Assembly (NCBI GenBank): GCA_027310185.1
Contig: DAIDBH010000013.1
Span: 1-64,000 of the forward strand
Direction: 5' to 3'
DNA length: 64,000 nucleotides
Source of the DNA: Thermoplasmatales archaeon
Lineage (GTDB): Archaea; Thermoplasmatota; Thermoplasmata; Thermoplasmatales; Thermoplasmataceae
Positions 48,755 to 58,789 of this stretch are shown one piece after another. The notes beneath the pieces are model-generated. The model ran no database searches. It had not been told where the DNA came from and saw nothing but the letters and a program-made list of their open reading frames with translations. The first letter of the stretch is position 1. The number at the start of each line of letters is the position of its first letter. Position numbers and translations under genes: made by a program.

Positions 48755-51328
48755 CTAATTACCAGCCTTCAGAATGAGAAAAGAACTGTTTCTCATTAAC
48801 TCGTTCATCTTAACCGCATCTTCAATTGCCACTTTTGATTGATCTACCAGGTTTACATAATTCCCATTCCATTCCCTATTCACGTTCAAAACTGTGTTAC
48901 CGTAATTCAGCGAGTTTCCTTCCTTTATTCGTGAAAAGTATCTCCCTGCTATGATTATCATTCTTTTATCATCTTTCCTTATACCGACTGTAATGGCACA
49001 TGATTCTTTTTCTCCCATTGTTTTGAGGAGTAGTATTTCGCCATCATTTATGAGTGACAGGTTGTCTTCCCTGATTTGGCTCAGTTTAGTAAATAGGTAG
49101 AGCTTGTATCCACTTTCCATTAGATTTTCCATATGCATGTAATCCTGTTGAAACTTTAATCCTGATTTAGCTTCCAGTGATCTGAAATCCACAGGGATTC
49201 TGTTGTCGGGGTCAGTAAAATGAAAATTGTAATATTCAGAACCCTGGTAGTTTGAAGTAAATCCTGGAAGCATGAATTTTAGGACAAGCATTGATATTGA
49301 ATTAAGTGCACCATACATCTTGCACATTTGGGATAATTTGCTTATACTGGAATTTTTATCATTTTCCGCATGTTCCACTATTTTTTCTGCAAATTCCAGG
49401 CATTTCTGTTCATATTCAACATTTATGTTTCTCCAGCCTGAGCCTATACCAGATTCCCTGACCGCCTTTATAATATGAGTCTGCAGAGATTTCTTATAAT
49501 CCCCATATAAACCACTGGACTTGACCGATGCAACCACCATTTGAACTATATAATAGACATGCTCATTGTGTAATTTCACTGCCATATTCCTGACAGAATA
49601 GGAATTTCGTTCCTCATCTATCACCTTCTGGAATAGATTTGGGAATTCCGCAATTACAATACCTGAGGCACGGAGGTCCTCACCATATTTTGTATCATGA
49701 GTTGCTGTCTCATTCATTGAATATATCAATTTTTTCCTGTCATTCAGGAACTCTATGAAACTTTCTACCGATACGGGCTTGTTCCATAGACTACCTCCCA
49801 CCTCATTCAGAAACACAACCGGATTGTACGCAAAGAATGCCCTGTCCTCAACGGATTTAGCCATCACAGCCCCAGAATACTCCTGGATCTGGATGAATGA
49901 ATCACTGCAATTGGGACACTTAACTTTCAGATGTTCTGATGCAACAACCAGTACAGGGTCTCCAGTCTTCATGGCTATATTTTTGAAATCTGTTGAGATT
50001 TCCTCCGTTGAATTGAGGTTTGAATAGCTCCTGTACTTTTCCATATTCCTTAGGTAGCTTTTGATGGCATGTTCCACGTCTTTTATTGAAAATTCATAGT
50101 GTTCCCCCATAACCAGTTGCTCGTAAACTTTCCAGGCCAGGTTGAGTATATCTCCTGCAAATTCTTCCTTCATGAACGAGTCCTTTAGATCGTGTACAAG
50201 GCTTTCTGCATCTTCATGTTTATTCTCAAATTTCTCCTGATCGTAGGCATAATCCTTTTGAATTTCATATATACCTTCCTGATCCGTAAAAAGTGATGTC
50301 AACTTCCAGAGAAAATCATAGCCAGTTGTCCCGTCATTCTTCAATCTCCTGCTCAGACTCTCGTTCTCAGACAGGATCTTTTCTATTATTATAAATTCTG
50401 GTTGCAGTTCTTCCTTCAGGAAGCGTAGATAGGATTCGGGATCATGTATTCCATCCAGATGATCGATTCTCAATCCAGAAATGCCATACTCTTCTATCAA
50501 TCTCTTGATTGTGCTGTGCCTAGATTCTATTACCCTGTCATCTTCTGACCTGAGTGCGATCATGTCGTTAACTGCGAAGAAACGTCTATAATTCAGAATC
50601 TTTCCAGAACTCTGCCACCATTCTGGAATTATGTTCTGCAAATCAATGAAGCTGACCAGTAAATCTTTGTTACTATTAATTTCCTTTATTATTCCCTCAA
50701 TCCTCTGCCTCATTGAATTGCTGTTATCCTCGAGAATGGCGTTAACACTCAGGAAATTTTCACCTGATCTCCTTATAATCCACTCCTTTGAACTATCGGA
50801 GCACGGAATCGTATTTCCATCAAAATCGAGAGACATATCATTCTCCAGTTTGATGCGCACTTTACCTCTTTCCAGAAGATCATTCAATGAAGATGGGAGA
50901 AATGGAAAAATGAGTTTACCGTCTTTAATGAATGGGGACTGCTTTACGTCAAACAGTCTAAGTATATCTGGATTTCCAGTTTTTATAAAATCAAGAATAT
51001 ATGTGTTTTCAAGAGAATATGCCATATGATTCGGCACTATGTCTATCAGTGTTTTCATATGGTTCTCCCTGGCCTGATCAACCATCTTTCTCAGTCCTTC
51101 CTCGCCTCCCAGTTCATCGTTGACAAATCTGAAATCAACAATATCATAGCAGTGTGTGCTACCTGCTCTTGACTTGAGAATTGGGGAAAGATATATATGA
51201 GTCACTCCTAATTTTTTTAAATATGGTATGATAGTGATAACGTCATAAAATGTAAATTGGCTGTTGAGTTGTAACCTGTATGCTAATTTAGGATACTTTT
51301 CATTCATGTATTTTGAACGCAGGATCAA
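48755..51328 (-). CDS. treY: Malto-oligosyltrehalose synthase (GH13)
   Basis: YRLQL, YLSPI...GSTHCYD, DIVPNHM, NYRRFF, GLRIDHLDG, EKIL, GTTGYDF, MAKSVED, ATHDTK.GED.R, DPDNR.PVDF; the start is more likely ATG 51307. Confidence 0.95.
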   Translation of the reverse strand: MILRSKYMNEKYPKLAYRLQLNSQFTFYDVITIIPYLKKLGVTHIYLSPILKSRAGSTHCYDIVDFRFVNDELGGEEGLRKMVDQARENHMKTLIDIVPNHMAYSLENTYILDFIKTGNPDILRLFDVKQSPFIKDGKLIFPFLPSSLNDLLERGKVRIKLENDMSLDFDGNTIPCSDSSKEWIIRRSGENFLSVNAILEDNSNSMRQRIEGIIKEINSNKDLLVSFIDLQNIIPEWWQSSGKILNYRRFFAVNDMIALRSEDDRVIESRHSTIKRLIEEYGISGLRIDHLDGIHDPESYLRFLKEELQPEFIIIEKILSENESLSRRLKNDGTTGYDFLWKLTSLFTDQEGIYEIQKDYAYDQEKFENKHEDAESLVHDLKDSFMKEEFAGDILNLAWKVYEQLVMGEHYEFSIKDVEHAIKSYLRNMEKYRSYSNLNSTEEISTDFKNIAMKTGDPVLVVASEHLKVKCPNCSDSFIQIQEYSGAVMAKSVEDRAFFAYNPVVFLNEVGGSLWNKPVSVESFIEFLNDRKKLIYSMNETATHDTKYGEDLRASGIVIAEFPNLFQKVIDEERNSYSVRNMAVKLHNEHVYYIVQMVVASVKSSGLYGDYKKSLQTHIIKAVRESGIGSGWRNINVEYEQKCLEFAEKIVEHAENDKNSSISKLSQMCKMYGALNSISMLVLKFMLPGFTSNYQGSEYYNFHFTDPDNRIPVDFRSLEAKSGLKFQQDYMHMENLMESGYKLYLFTKLSQIREDNLSLINDGEILLLKTMGEKESCAITVGIRKDDKRMIIIAGRYFSRIKEGNSLNYGNTVLNVNREWNGNYVNLVDQSKVAIEDAVKMNELMRNSSFLILKAGN

Positions 51329-51395
51329 ATAAAACAGTTTGTCACAACTTACTTATATAATGAAAAAGCCCGCATATAAAATAGGATTTTTAGAT

Positions 51396-51656
51396 TCAAT
51401 TCTGCTGGTTTCTTAACATTTCTATGGTCAATTCACCATCTTTCTCTTCAAATTTTGTGATATCCATTGCATTCTGTGCAGCCAGGGATGAGAATATGTT
51501 TCTGTCATAGGGAAACTTTTCTTTCGTGAGAAGCATTCTCCCTTCCTGACCGGGTTCGAGCTCGATTTTCATGGCCTTAAATGCACTCTTGAGATACGTT
51601 AGTGGATCACCACCGCAACTTATGTATCTATAATCCTCCTCAATCATTTCTACCAC
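51396..51656 (-). CDS. Small protein with a TusA/SirA-like pattern
   Basis: DYRYISCGGDPL...LEPGQE...EEKDGELTI follows the TusA layout (D.RG..CP.P...L.PGE); AGGTGG at the start region. Confidence 0.55.
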   Translation of the reverse strand: MVEMIEEDYRYISCGGDPLTYLKSAFKAMKIELEPGQEGRMLLTKEKFPYDRNIFSSLAAQNAMDITKFEEKDGELTIEMLRNQQN

Positions 51657-51777
51657 CTAAATTGTACATGACATGTATATCTTCAAACTGAAAGAACATT
51701 TCTAAGTTATACTTACAACATCGCCCTTTTTCCGGATGAAGACAATTTCTTTTTATCTTTTGTAGTATCATGGTGAC

Positions 51778-52713
51778 GTGCAAGAAGCAATAGTTGTTGA
51801 CGAACTTGTGAAATCTTATGATGGCAAGAAGCTCGCTGTTGACCATCTTTCTTTTAATGTCGGGAAAGGAGAAGTGTACGGCCTGCTTGGAAGAAACGGT
51901 GCTGGAAAGAGTACAACGATAAAGATTCTGACTACACTTATAGGATATGATTCAGGATTGGCAGAGGTTCTTGGCCTTGATGTTTTAAAAAATGGTACTG
52001 AAATCAGGAGGAGGATAGGAGTGGTACAACAGGAAGAAGCCTTTGATTTCACGACTGTTGAGAATAACTTCAAACTGTACGGTATGATGTGGGAATTACC
52101 AAGGGAAGAGACTAAATCAAGGAAAGAAATGCTGATGGATCTTTTTGATCTGAATGAACTTAGAAAGAAGAGGATGTACGACCTGAGTGGCGGCCAGAAG
52201 AAGAGGGTCCAGGTAGCAAGGGAATTCATGCATGACATGGACGTATTCTTCCTTGATGAGCCAACTGTAGGCCTTGATCCCATAATGAGAAGGACAATAC
52301 TGGATTATGTAAAATCCCAGGCGAAAAAGGGGATGACTGTACTATTCACAACACAGAATCTTGAAGAAGCGGACTATATCTGTGACAGGATAGGGATAGT
52401 TAATAACGGAAAGAAGGTGGCAGAGGGTACATCATCAGATCTCAAGACAAAATATGGAGCATTGAGAACGCTGAAAATTGGTTATACCTCTGAGACATCA
52501 GTAAAGAAGGAAGACCTCATCTCCGGAATTCAGGGTGGAAACATTACGGAAGTAGACATTACCAACAATGAGATCTTAGTGGTATCTGATAAGATAGAAA
52601 CCATAGTAGGAAAATTACTTCAAAACTTATCTGAAATGGGCATAAAATCTGATAAGATCATGATCGATAATCCAACTCTGGATGATGTGTTCATGAAGGT
52701 GGTTGAAAAATGA
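51778..52713 (+). CDS. ABC exporter ATP-binding subunit
   Basis: GRNGAGKS, LSGGQKKR, FLDEPT, PTLDDVF. Confidence 0.92.
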   Translation: MQEAIVVDELVKSYDGKKLAVDHLSFNVGKGEVYGLLGRNGAGKSTTIKILTTLIGYDSGLAEVLGLDVLKNGTEIRRRIGVVQQEEAFDFTTVENNFKLYGMMWELPREETKSRKEMLMDLFDLNELRKKRMYDLSGGQKKRVQVAREFMHDMDVFFLDEPTVGLDPIMRRTILDYVKSQAKKGMTVLFTTQNLEEADYICDRIGIVNNGKKVAEGTSSDLKTKYGALRTLKIGYTSETSVKKEDLISGIQGGNITEVDITNNEILVVSDKIETIVGKLLQNLSEMGIKSDKIMIDNPTLDDVFMKVVEK

Positions 52714-53489
52714 AGATACCTGCTTTCCTTCGTCTTACCATAAGAAACATAATCGTGAATATTGATATTGGAACCCTGATATTCATGTTAGGCCTACCAA
52801 CGCTCTATCTCTTTGTGATGGGGTTCATGTTCCAGGGCATTGTGACTACTGGCGTTCCACTTCAATCAGGAGGATCAGTTTCATATACAACTTTCCTCGC
52901 TCCTGGAATCATAGCACTGGAGTCCTTCACTGCAGGAAACATCGGAGGAAGCATGCTGTGGTCAGACAGGAGATGGGGGATGTTTGAAAGGATTATGGTT
53001 GGACCATTCAGGAGAATTGATTATCTTCTTGGGATAATAACAGTTTCAATAATTTTTGCGCTTGTGGGCTCCCTGATCATGCTTGGTTTTTCACTTCTCA
53101 TCCCGATCTCAGTAATTGTAACTCCAGAAAGTATACTGCTGTCGGTGTTTGCAATTGTAGTTGGAACGATGTTGTTTTCATCTCTATTCCTCATAATATC
53201 GGGATTGTCCAAGTCAATGCAGGCATACAACACGATCACAATAGTCCTGTTCTTCATGCTGGACTTTGCAAGCACCGCTTTCTATCCAATCACATCCACA
53301 ACACCCCTTTGGCTGAGAACACTTTCAGGATCAAACCCACTGAGTTTCATTGCAAATATATTGAGAGATTCTCTTATTTCTACAGTTACCTCAGGAACAT
53401 TCTTTTATGCCGGTGTGCTGCTGATAGTAATGCTGATATTTCTGGGTATTTCCCTCAGGATATACAAAAGTATCAGATCTGGTATTTAA
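52710..53489 (+). CDS. ABC-2 type exporter permease
   Basis: Y..FLAPGI, DR..G..E, FYP....P.WL..L...NPLS; ATGA overlap. Confidence 0.9.
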   Translation: MKIPAFLRLTIRNIIVNIDIGTLIFMLGLPTLYLFVMGFMFQGIVTTGVPLQSGGSVSYTTFLAPGIIALESFTAGNIGGSMLWSDRRWGMFERIMVGPFRRIDYLLGIITVSIIFALVGSLIMLGFSLLIPISVIVTPESILLSVFAIVVGTMLFSSLFLIISGLSKSMQAYNTITIVLFFMLDFASTAFYPITSTTPLWLRTLSGSNPLSFIANILRDSLISTVTSGTFFYAGVLLIVMLIFLGISLRIYKSIRSGI

Positions 53490-53620
53490 TCAACAGTTTT
53501 ATTCCAACCTCTTACAAACTATAATTTTTAAATCTTGATTCCAGCTTTATGACCTTTCCAAAATCTAAACTGTAAGGAAAAAATCCTAGAACAATAATTA
53601 TTATTTAACATGTTCAATAA

Positions 53621-53692
53621 TGGACTGGAGGGGAATTGAACCCCTGGCCTCTTCCATGCCAAGGAAGCGATCTACCTCTGATCTACCAGCCC
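53621..53692 (-). tRNA. tRNA-Ala (GGC)
   Basis: GGGCTGG...CTTCC-TTGGCAT-GGAAG...GGTTCAATTCC...CCAGTCC-A; G3:U70 identity pair present. Confidence 0.96.
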
Positions 53693-53799
53693 TATAATCC
53701 CGATAATACTTCTTTGGTATAATATTTTAGTGTTATTTAGCGTTTTATATTTGGAGTCAACCATAATCTTTAATTAATTAATTATATTAGATGTTTTAA

Positions 53800-55377
53800 A
53801 TGCCTTTATTTTCTCCTACTAAAAAAAAGGAAAAGAAACCTGTTAGAAATGTACCAACCAAGAGAGAAGAAAGAATTTCTGAAGTTCCAGCGGTAGGAAA
53901 ATACGAAATCCTTGACGAATACAATATCATACCACAGACCGTGACAGTTGAGATTTCATGGAACCCAACAAGCATGGAATCCATATATATTGCTAATGAG
54001 CCTGTTCTGTCTTCAGATGAGGAAGTCCTGCTCAAGAAGATATCAAAGAACATGGAACAGATAGTTAAAAGTTCGAAAAATCTACCCGAGGATCTATCCC
54101 AGCTAACGATTGAGAAAGTCATAGACTCATACCTGAGGGGTAGAAAGTATAAACTTAACAGAAGAACAGTGGACAAGATCAAGTATTTCATTAAGAGAAA
54201 CTATGAGGGATATGGACCTCTTGAACCTGTTGTAAGGGATCCTTTGGTTGAGGATGTCTCCTGTAATGGAGTCGGTATTCCTGTATATGTGGAGCATAAA
54301 ATACATGGCTCCCTGAAGACGAACATAGTTTTCGATAATGAAAAAGACCTTGATTCATATGTTGTCCGACTGGCACAGATGTGCGGGAAAGAAGTTTCCA
54401 TGAATGAACCTATCATAGATGGTACTTTTCCTCAAGGACACAGGATTCAGTTGACTTTCGGCAATGAGATTTCTACGAAGGGTTCTGCGTTTACATTCAG
54501 GTTATTCAGGGAATCACCATTCACCCCTGTGGAACTGATAAAGTATGGTGCGGCAACCTCTGAACTTGTTACATATCTCTGGTTTGCTGTTGAAAATCTG
54601 AAATCTGCCATCATTGCCGGTGTTCCAGGAGTTGGGAAGACAAGCACCATAAATGCAATTCTCATGTTCATACCATCAAATACAAAGGTTTTCTCCATAG
54701 AGGAAACCAGGGAAATCAACATAATGCATCAGAACTGGGTGGCAACTTCAACAAGGGAAAGTATCTATTCCACTGCCAATGGTGATTCAAAGAATCCTCC
54801 CATAGGCATGTTTGAACTTGTAAAGATGGCAATGAGGCAGAGGCCCACATATATCGTGCTTGGGGAAATAAGGGGAAGAGAGTCTTATTCCCTATTTCAG
54901 GCCATTTCAACGGGGCACACTGCATATTCAACAATTCACGCAGACTCCATGGAGACCCTTGTAAATAGGCTGGAATCAAATCCACTAAATATTCCAAGAG
55001 TACTTATCGGTGCACTTAACATTGTGATATTCAATAAATTCGTAAGGGTCGGAAGCAGGAATATGAGAAAGTTGATGGAGATTGACGAAATTGTGGGAAC
55101 AGATCAGGATTCTGGAGAGATAATGTATAATAAGGTATTTTCCTATGATTTCAACCAGAATGAACAGGTATTTTCAGGATTCAGCAAGATCCTGAACGAG
55201 ATACGGGATACTAAACAGTGGACCCAGGAAGAAATGAACTTTGAGTTTGAGAGACGCAGGGCTCTGCTGGATGGAATGGTCAAAAATAACATAACGGATT
55301 ATACGAATATTACAAGGATAATCAATATATATTATAAAGATCCTGAAACAGCAATGAAGATGGCGAGTGGTATATGA
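53800..55377 (+). CDS. Type IV pilus/type II-IV secretion ATPase (FlaI/PilB-like), copy 1
   Basis: DP.VEDVSCNG, GVPGVGKT, SIEETREI, MRQRP.YIVLGEIRG.E, TGH..YSTIHA. Confidence 0.92.
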   Translation: MPLFSPTKKKEKKPVRNVPTKREERISEVPAVGKYEILDEYNIIPQTVTVEISWNPTSMESIYIANEPVLSSDEEVLLKKISKNMEQIVKSSKNLPEDLSQLTIEKVIDSYLRGRKYKLNRRTVDKIKYFIKRNYEGYGPLEPVVRDPLVEDVSCNGVGIPVYVEHKIHGSLKTNIVFDNEKDLDSYVVRLAQMCGKEVSMNEPIIDGTFPQGHRIQLTFGNEISTKGSAFTFRLFRESPFTPVELIKYGAATSELVTYLWFAVENLKSAIIAGVPGVGKTSTINAILMFIPSNTKVFSIEETREINIMHQNWVATSTRESIYSTANGDSKNPPIGMFELVKMAMRQRPTYIVLGEIRGRESYSLFQAISTGHTAYSTIHADSMETLVNRLESNPLNIPRVLIGALNIVIFNKFVRVGSRNMRKLMEIDEIVGTDQDSGEIMYNKVFSYDFNQNEQVFSGFSKILNEIRDTKQWTQEEMNFEFERRRALLDGMVKNNITDYTNITRIINIYYKDPETAMKMASGI

Positions 55378-56348
55378 TGCATAAAAGCCAGGACATACAG
55401 ATCAAGAAGGAAAACAAGGGTAACGGCTTCCTGTCAAACCTGAACAAGAAGTTGAATCCTAAACCCGTAAAAGTGGTCATTCCAGCACCTACCATATTTG
55501 ATGTCTTCTCTGTCAGGGTGTTCGGCCATCTCGTAGAAAGATATGTTCAGACAGAAAAGATGGATGAGAGCCTTAGGAAGGCTAAAATGCCTATAGATGC
55601 AATAGAGTATTATTCCAGAGGAATAATGATAGCAGTCATATTCATGGTTGTGAGCTTTGTAGTGGTGAATATATTTTCACTGCAATTTCCTTCTTATACC
55701 TATCTATCCTTTGCATTCTGGTTCCTTGCAGTGATAGTATATTTTGCGGTCATGGCAGGATATCCGAATTCAATTGCGGGTACGCGTAGAAAAAAGATCG
55801 ATGCGGTACTGCCGCTGGCCATGGGTTATATCGCAACTATGGCCTCTGCAGACATGCCTGTTGAGAACATAATGTATGAACTTTCTAACAGTACGGAGTA
55901 TGGTGAACTGGCAAGGGAGGCAAAGAGTATAGCAGTATCCACAAGGCTTTTTGGGGAGGACATTATAAATGCAGTTAAAGACGGTGCAGCAAATTCTCCC
56001 TCCCAGAGGCTCTCAGAATTTTTCCAGGGGATAATAACCACCCTCACATCAGGCGGTGACCTGAAGAGCTATTTCAAGGATAAGGCTGTACAGTACCAGA
56101 CTGAGCTAAGCACACTTATCAAAAGGAACACAGAATCTCTTTCAGTTCTTGCTGAGAGTTATATAATTGTAGGAATAATGTTTCCGCTCATACTGATGGT
56201 CATCATAGGTACTGTAACTTCCGTTATACCGGGAGAAGGGGCGCTGACAGATACGGTGCTGTACCTGATAGTGTTCCTTATAATCCCCATTATAGCCATT
56301 ATGTTTGCGCTGATCCTTAGTAGCACCATAGGTGAGGTGGACGTATGA
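55374..56348 (+). CDS. Type II secretion F / TadC-like membrane platform protein
   Basis: R.KKIDAVLP.A..Y.A.MA, YGE...E, NSPS..L.EF..G...L.SGGDL..YF; TM helices. Confidence 0.88.
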   Translation: MMHKSQDIQIKKENKGNGFLSNLNKKLNPKPVKVVIPAPTIFDVFSVRVFGHLVERYVQTEKMDESLRKAKMPIDAIEYYSRGIMIAVIFMVVSFVVVNIFSLQFPSYTYLSFAFWFLAVIVYFAVMAGYPNSIAGTRRKKIDAVLPLAMGYIATMASADMPVENIMYELSNSTEYGELAREAKSIAVSTRLFGEDIINAVKDGAANSPSQRLSEFFQGIITTLTSGGDLKSYFKDKAVQYQTELSTLIKRNTESLSVLAESYIIVGIMFPLILMVIIGTVTSVIPGEGALTDTVLYLIVFLIIPIIAIMFALILSSTIGEVDV

Positions 56349-57199
56349 AGGGCGAAATCGGAGGAATTGAGCTAAGGTATGTGGCACTTGCAGGCTCTGT
56401 CCTGACAATATTTATCCTGTTCTTCACTGGATATTTCTTCAAGATAAATGATCTGAATCCGCTGGTTCATCCACTAACATTATCTTCCATAGCAATGGTG
56501 ATACTGTTCTTTCCATTTGGTCTTGCAGATTTTGCCAGAGTGAAGAGGATAGAGGAGGCAGAAAGAAGGCTGCCGGATTTCCTCAGGGATCTGGCGGGAC
56601 ATACAAATTTTGGAACTCCAATGTCAGAAGCCATACTCAGATCGGCTGAAAATAAGTATGGCCCACTATCCATTGAGATTGAACATCTGGCTGGAATGGT
56701 CAAGCTTGGAATACCGGTAGAAACTGCCCTGAATGACTTTGGAAAGAGACTGAAATCGCCATCAATAATAAGGGTTGGAAAGATCATAAAGAAGGCCAGT
56801 GAATCAGGCAGCAATACGTCTGATGTCATATCCCTCGTATCAAGTTTCACGACCCAGACCTATTTAATGAGGGAGAGCAGATTTGCAGATATGAGAAGTT
56901 ATTCAACCACCCTTGCAACTTCATTCGGTGTCTTCCTTTTCGTTATAGTAATGCTGGATACATTTTTCTTCCCACAGATTGCAGGTGGAGGCCTGAGCGG
57001 CGGTGGTGTGCTGAATCTTGCTTCGTCTTCCTATGGATTGATAGAAAAGCTATTCTCAGCTGGTGTCATAGTTCAAAGTGCTGCAAGTGGTCTCATATCT
57101 GGAGTTTTCAGGGATGGCAGGCTAACATCTGGAGCCATGATGTCAGGCGTGCTTGTTCTGATAAGTATAATGGTTCTTGCTGTAATAGGGGTGCTCTAA
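56345..57199 (+). CDS. Type II secretion F / TadB/C-like membrane platform protein
   Basis: E.RLPDFLRDL......G.P..EA......YG.L..E, ESG; C-terminal TMs. Confidence 0.88.
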   Translation: MKGEIGGIELRYVALAGSVLTIFILFFTGYFFKINDLNPLVHPLTLSSIAMVILFFPFGLADFARVKRIEEAERRLPDFLRDLAGHTNFGTPMSEAILRSAENKYGPLSIEIEHLAGMVKLGIPVETALNDFGKRLKSPSIIRVGKIIKKASESGSNTSDVISLVSSFTTQTYLMRESRFADMRSYSTTLATSFGVFLFVIVMLDTFFFPQIAGGGLSGGGVLNLASSSYGLIEKLFSAGVIVQSAASGLISGVFRDGRLTSGAMMSGVLVLISIMVLAVIGVL

Positions 57200-58789
57200 A
57201 TGGCGTTATTTTCCAAAACAAAGAAGAAGAAGACTAAGAAGAGGAAATTCCTCAGCAGGCAGGTTATAACTCCTGTCAGGACTGTGAAGAGGACTAACGA
57301 GGATAAGTTCTTTCAGGAATTGATACCTGGTACTGTATTCTCAAGGGTATATTTTGACAGGGGTGCTACCATATTCAGGTATGAGGTCAATGAACCTGAG
57401 GTGAGGGAAAGGGTCGCCAAATTGTATGCTAAATACAGGAATGAATTCATCGCATCCATCACTGATCCGGAAATGTATAACATAAGTGTGCTGACGAAGG
57501 AGGATGCAGTGGAACAGTTCACAAAAGCCCTGAGAATGACAAATTCATTCACGCCTGATGAAATGGACAGCCTGACATACTATGTAGAGAGGGACATAAA
57601 GGGATTCGGAAAAATAGACCCGATTATGAGGGATGCCAATATAGAGGATATTTCATGCGATGCTCCTGGTGTTCCTGTGTTCGTTTATCATAAGGCCTTC
57701 GGTTTCATTCCGACCAATATAATATATGAAGATGTTGATGAACTTGAAACCTTCGTTAAGAAGATGCTTCAGGATGTTGGAAGGCACATATCCATATCAA
57801 ACCCCATTGTAGATGCAACACTGGAGGATGGCTCCAGGATTTCTGCCTCAATTGGAAAATACATAACAAACAAGGGATCTTCCTTTACCATAAGAAAATT
57901 CAAGGAAGAACCGCTGACACCACTTGATCTAATCCAGAGATCACTATGTAACACCAGGGTGTTTGCCTATTTCTGGCTTCTTACTGAATATGGCGGGAAC
58001 GTTATGGTAGTTGGTGGGACTGCAACAGGTAAAACAACCCTCATGAACGCAATACTACTCTTCATACCAGCGCAGAAGAAGATAGTTTCCATAGAAGATA
58101 CCAGGGAAATCAATCTAGTCCACGAAAACTGGGTTCCTATGGTAACGAGGACAGGATATGGCAAGCTTGATCCTGAAACGGGAAAGAGGGCAGGAGAGAT
58201 AGATATGTTTGATCTGCTCACTGTGACCATGAGACAGAGACCCAGCTATGTGATTGTTGGAGAAGTTAGAGGTGCTGAAGCGTTCACACTATTTCAGGCA
58301 ATGTCCATTGGAAGGTATGTCTATGGAACTTTCCATGCCGACGATATTAGCACATTCATTCACAGGATGGAGTCAAAACCGATAAACATTCCAAGAAATC
58401 TGCTTCTAACACTTGATGTTGCAGTAATACTTCAGAATGTAACTGATGACAGGGGATCAAGGAGAAGAATAAGAACAATATCTGAAATAGCTGGCCAGGA
58501 CAGTATTTCAAAGGACATACTTATCAATAACGCATTCATACTCAACGAACAGTCCGATACCCAGAACTACTCCGGCTTCAGTTATGCCATAAAGAAGATA
58601 GCTGAAAAAGAGGGAAAGTTTGAGGACGAACTTGAAAAAGAGATCGATCTGAGGGCAAGGATACTGGACAAGATGATAGAGAAGGGAATTTCAAATTACA
58701 AGGACTTCTACTATATGGTAAACCAGTTCTACAAGGACAGGAGAAGGGTTTTCCAGTCTCTTGATATGACAGAAGAAATTCAGGTTTGA
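57200..58789 (+). CDS. Type IV pilus/type II-IV secretion ATPase, copy 2
   Basis: IEDISCD, GGTATGKTT, SIEDTREINL.HENW, MRQRP.YVIVGEVRG.EA, GTFHA. Confidence 0.92.
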   Translation: MALFSKTKKKKTKKRKFLSRQVITPVRTVKRTNEDKFFQELIPGTVFSRVYFDRGATIFRYEVNEPEVRERVAKLYAKYRNEFIASITDPEMYNISVLTKEDAVEQFTKALRMTNSFTPDEMDSLTYYVERDIKGFGKIDPIMRDANIEDISCDAPGVPVFVYHKAFGFIPTNIIYEDVDELETFVKKMLQDVGRHISISNPIVDATLEDGSRISASIGKYITNKGSSFTIRKFKEEPLTPLDLIQRSLCNTRVFAYFWLLTEYGGNVMVVGGTATGKTTLMNAILLFIPAQKKIVSIEDTREINLVHENWVPMVTRTGYGKLDPETGKRAGEIDMFDLLTVTMRQRPSYVIVGEVRGAEAFTLFQAMSIGRYVYGTFHADDISTFIHRMESKPINIPRNLLLTLDVAVILQNVTDDRGSRRRIRTISEIAGQDSISKDILINNAFILNEQSDTQNYSGFSYAIKKIAEKEGKFEDELEKEIDLRARILDKMIEKGISNYKDFYYMVNQFYKDRRRVFQSLDMTEEIQV

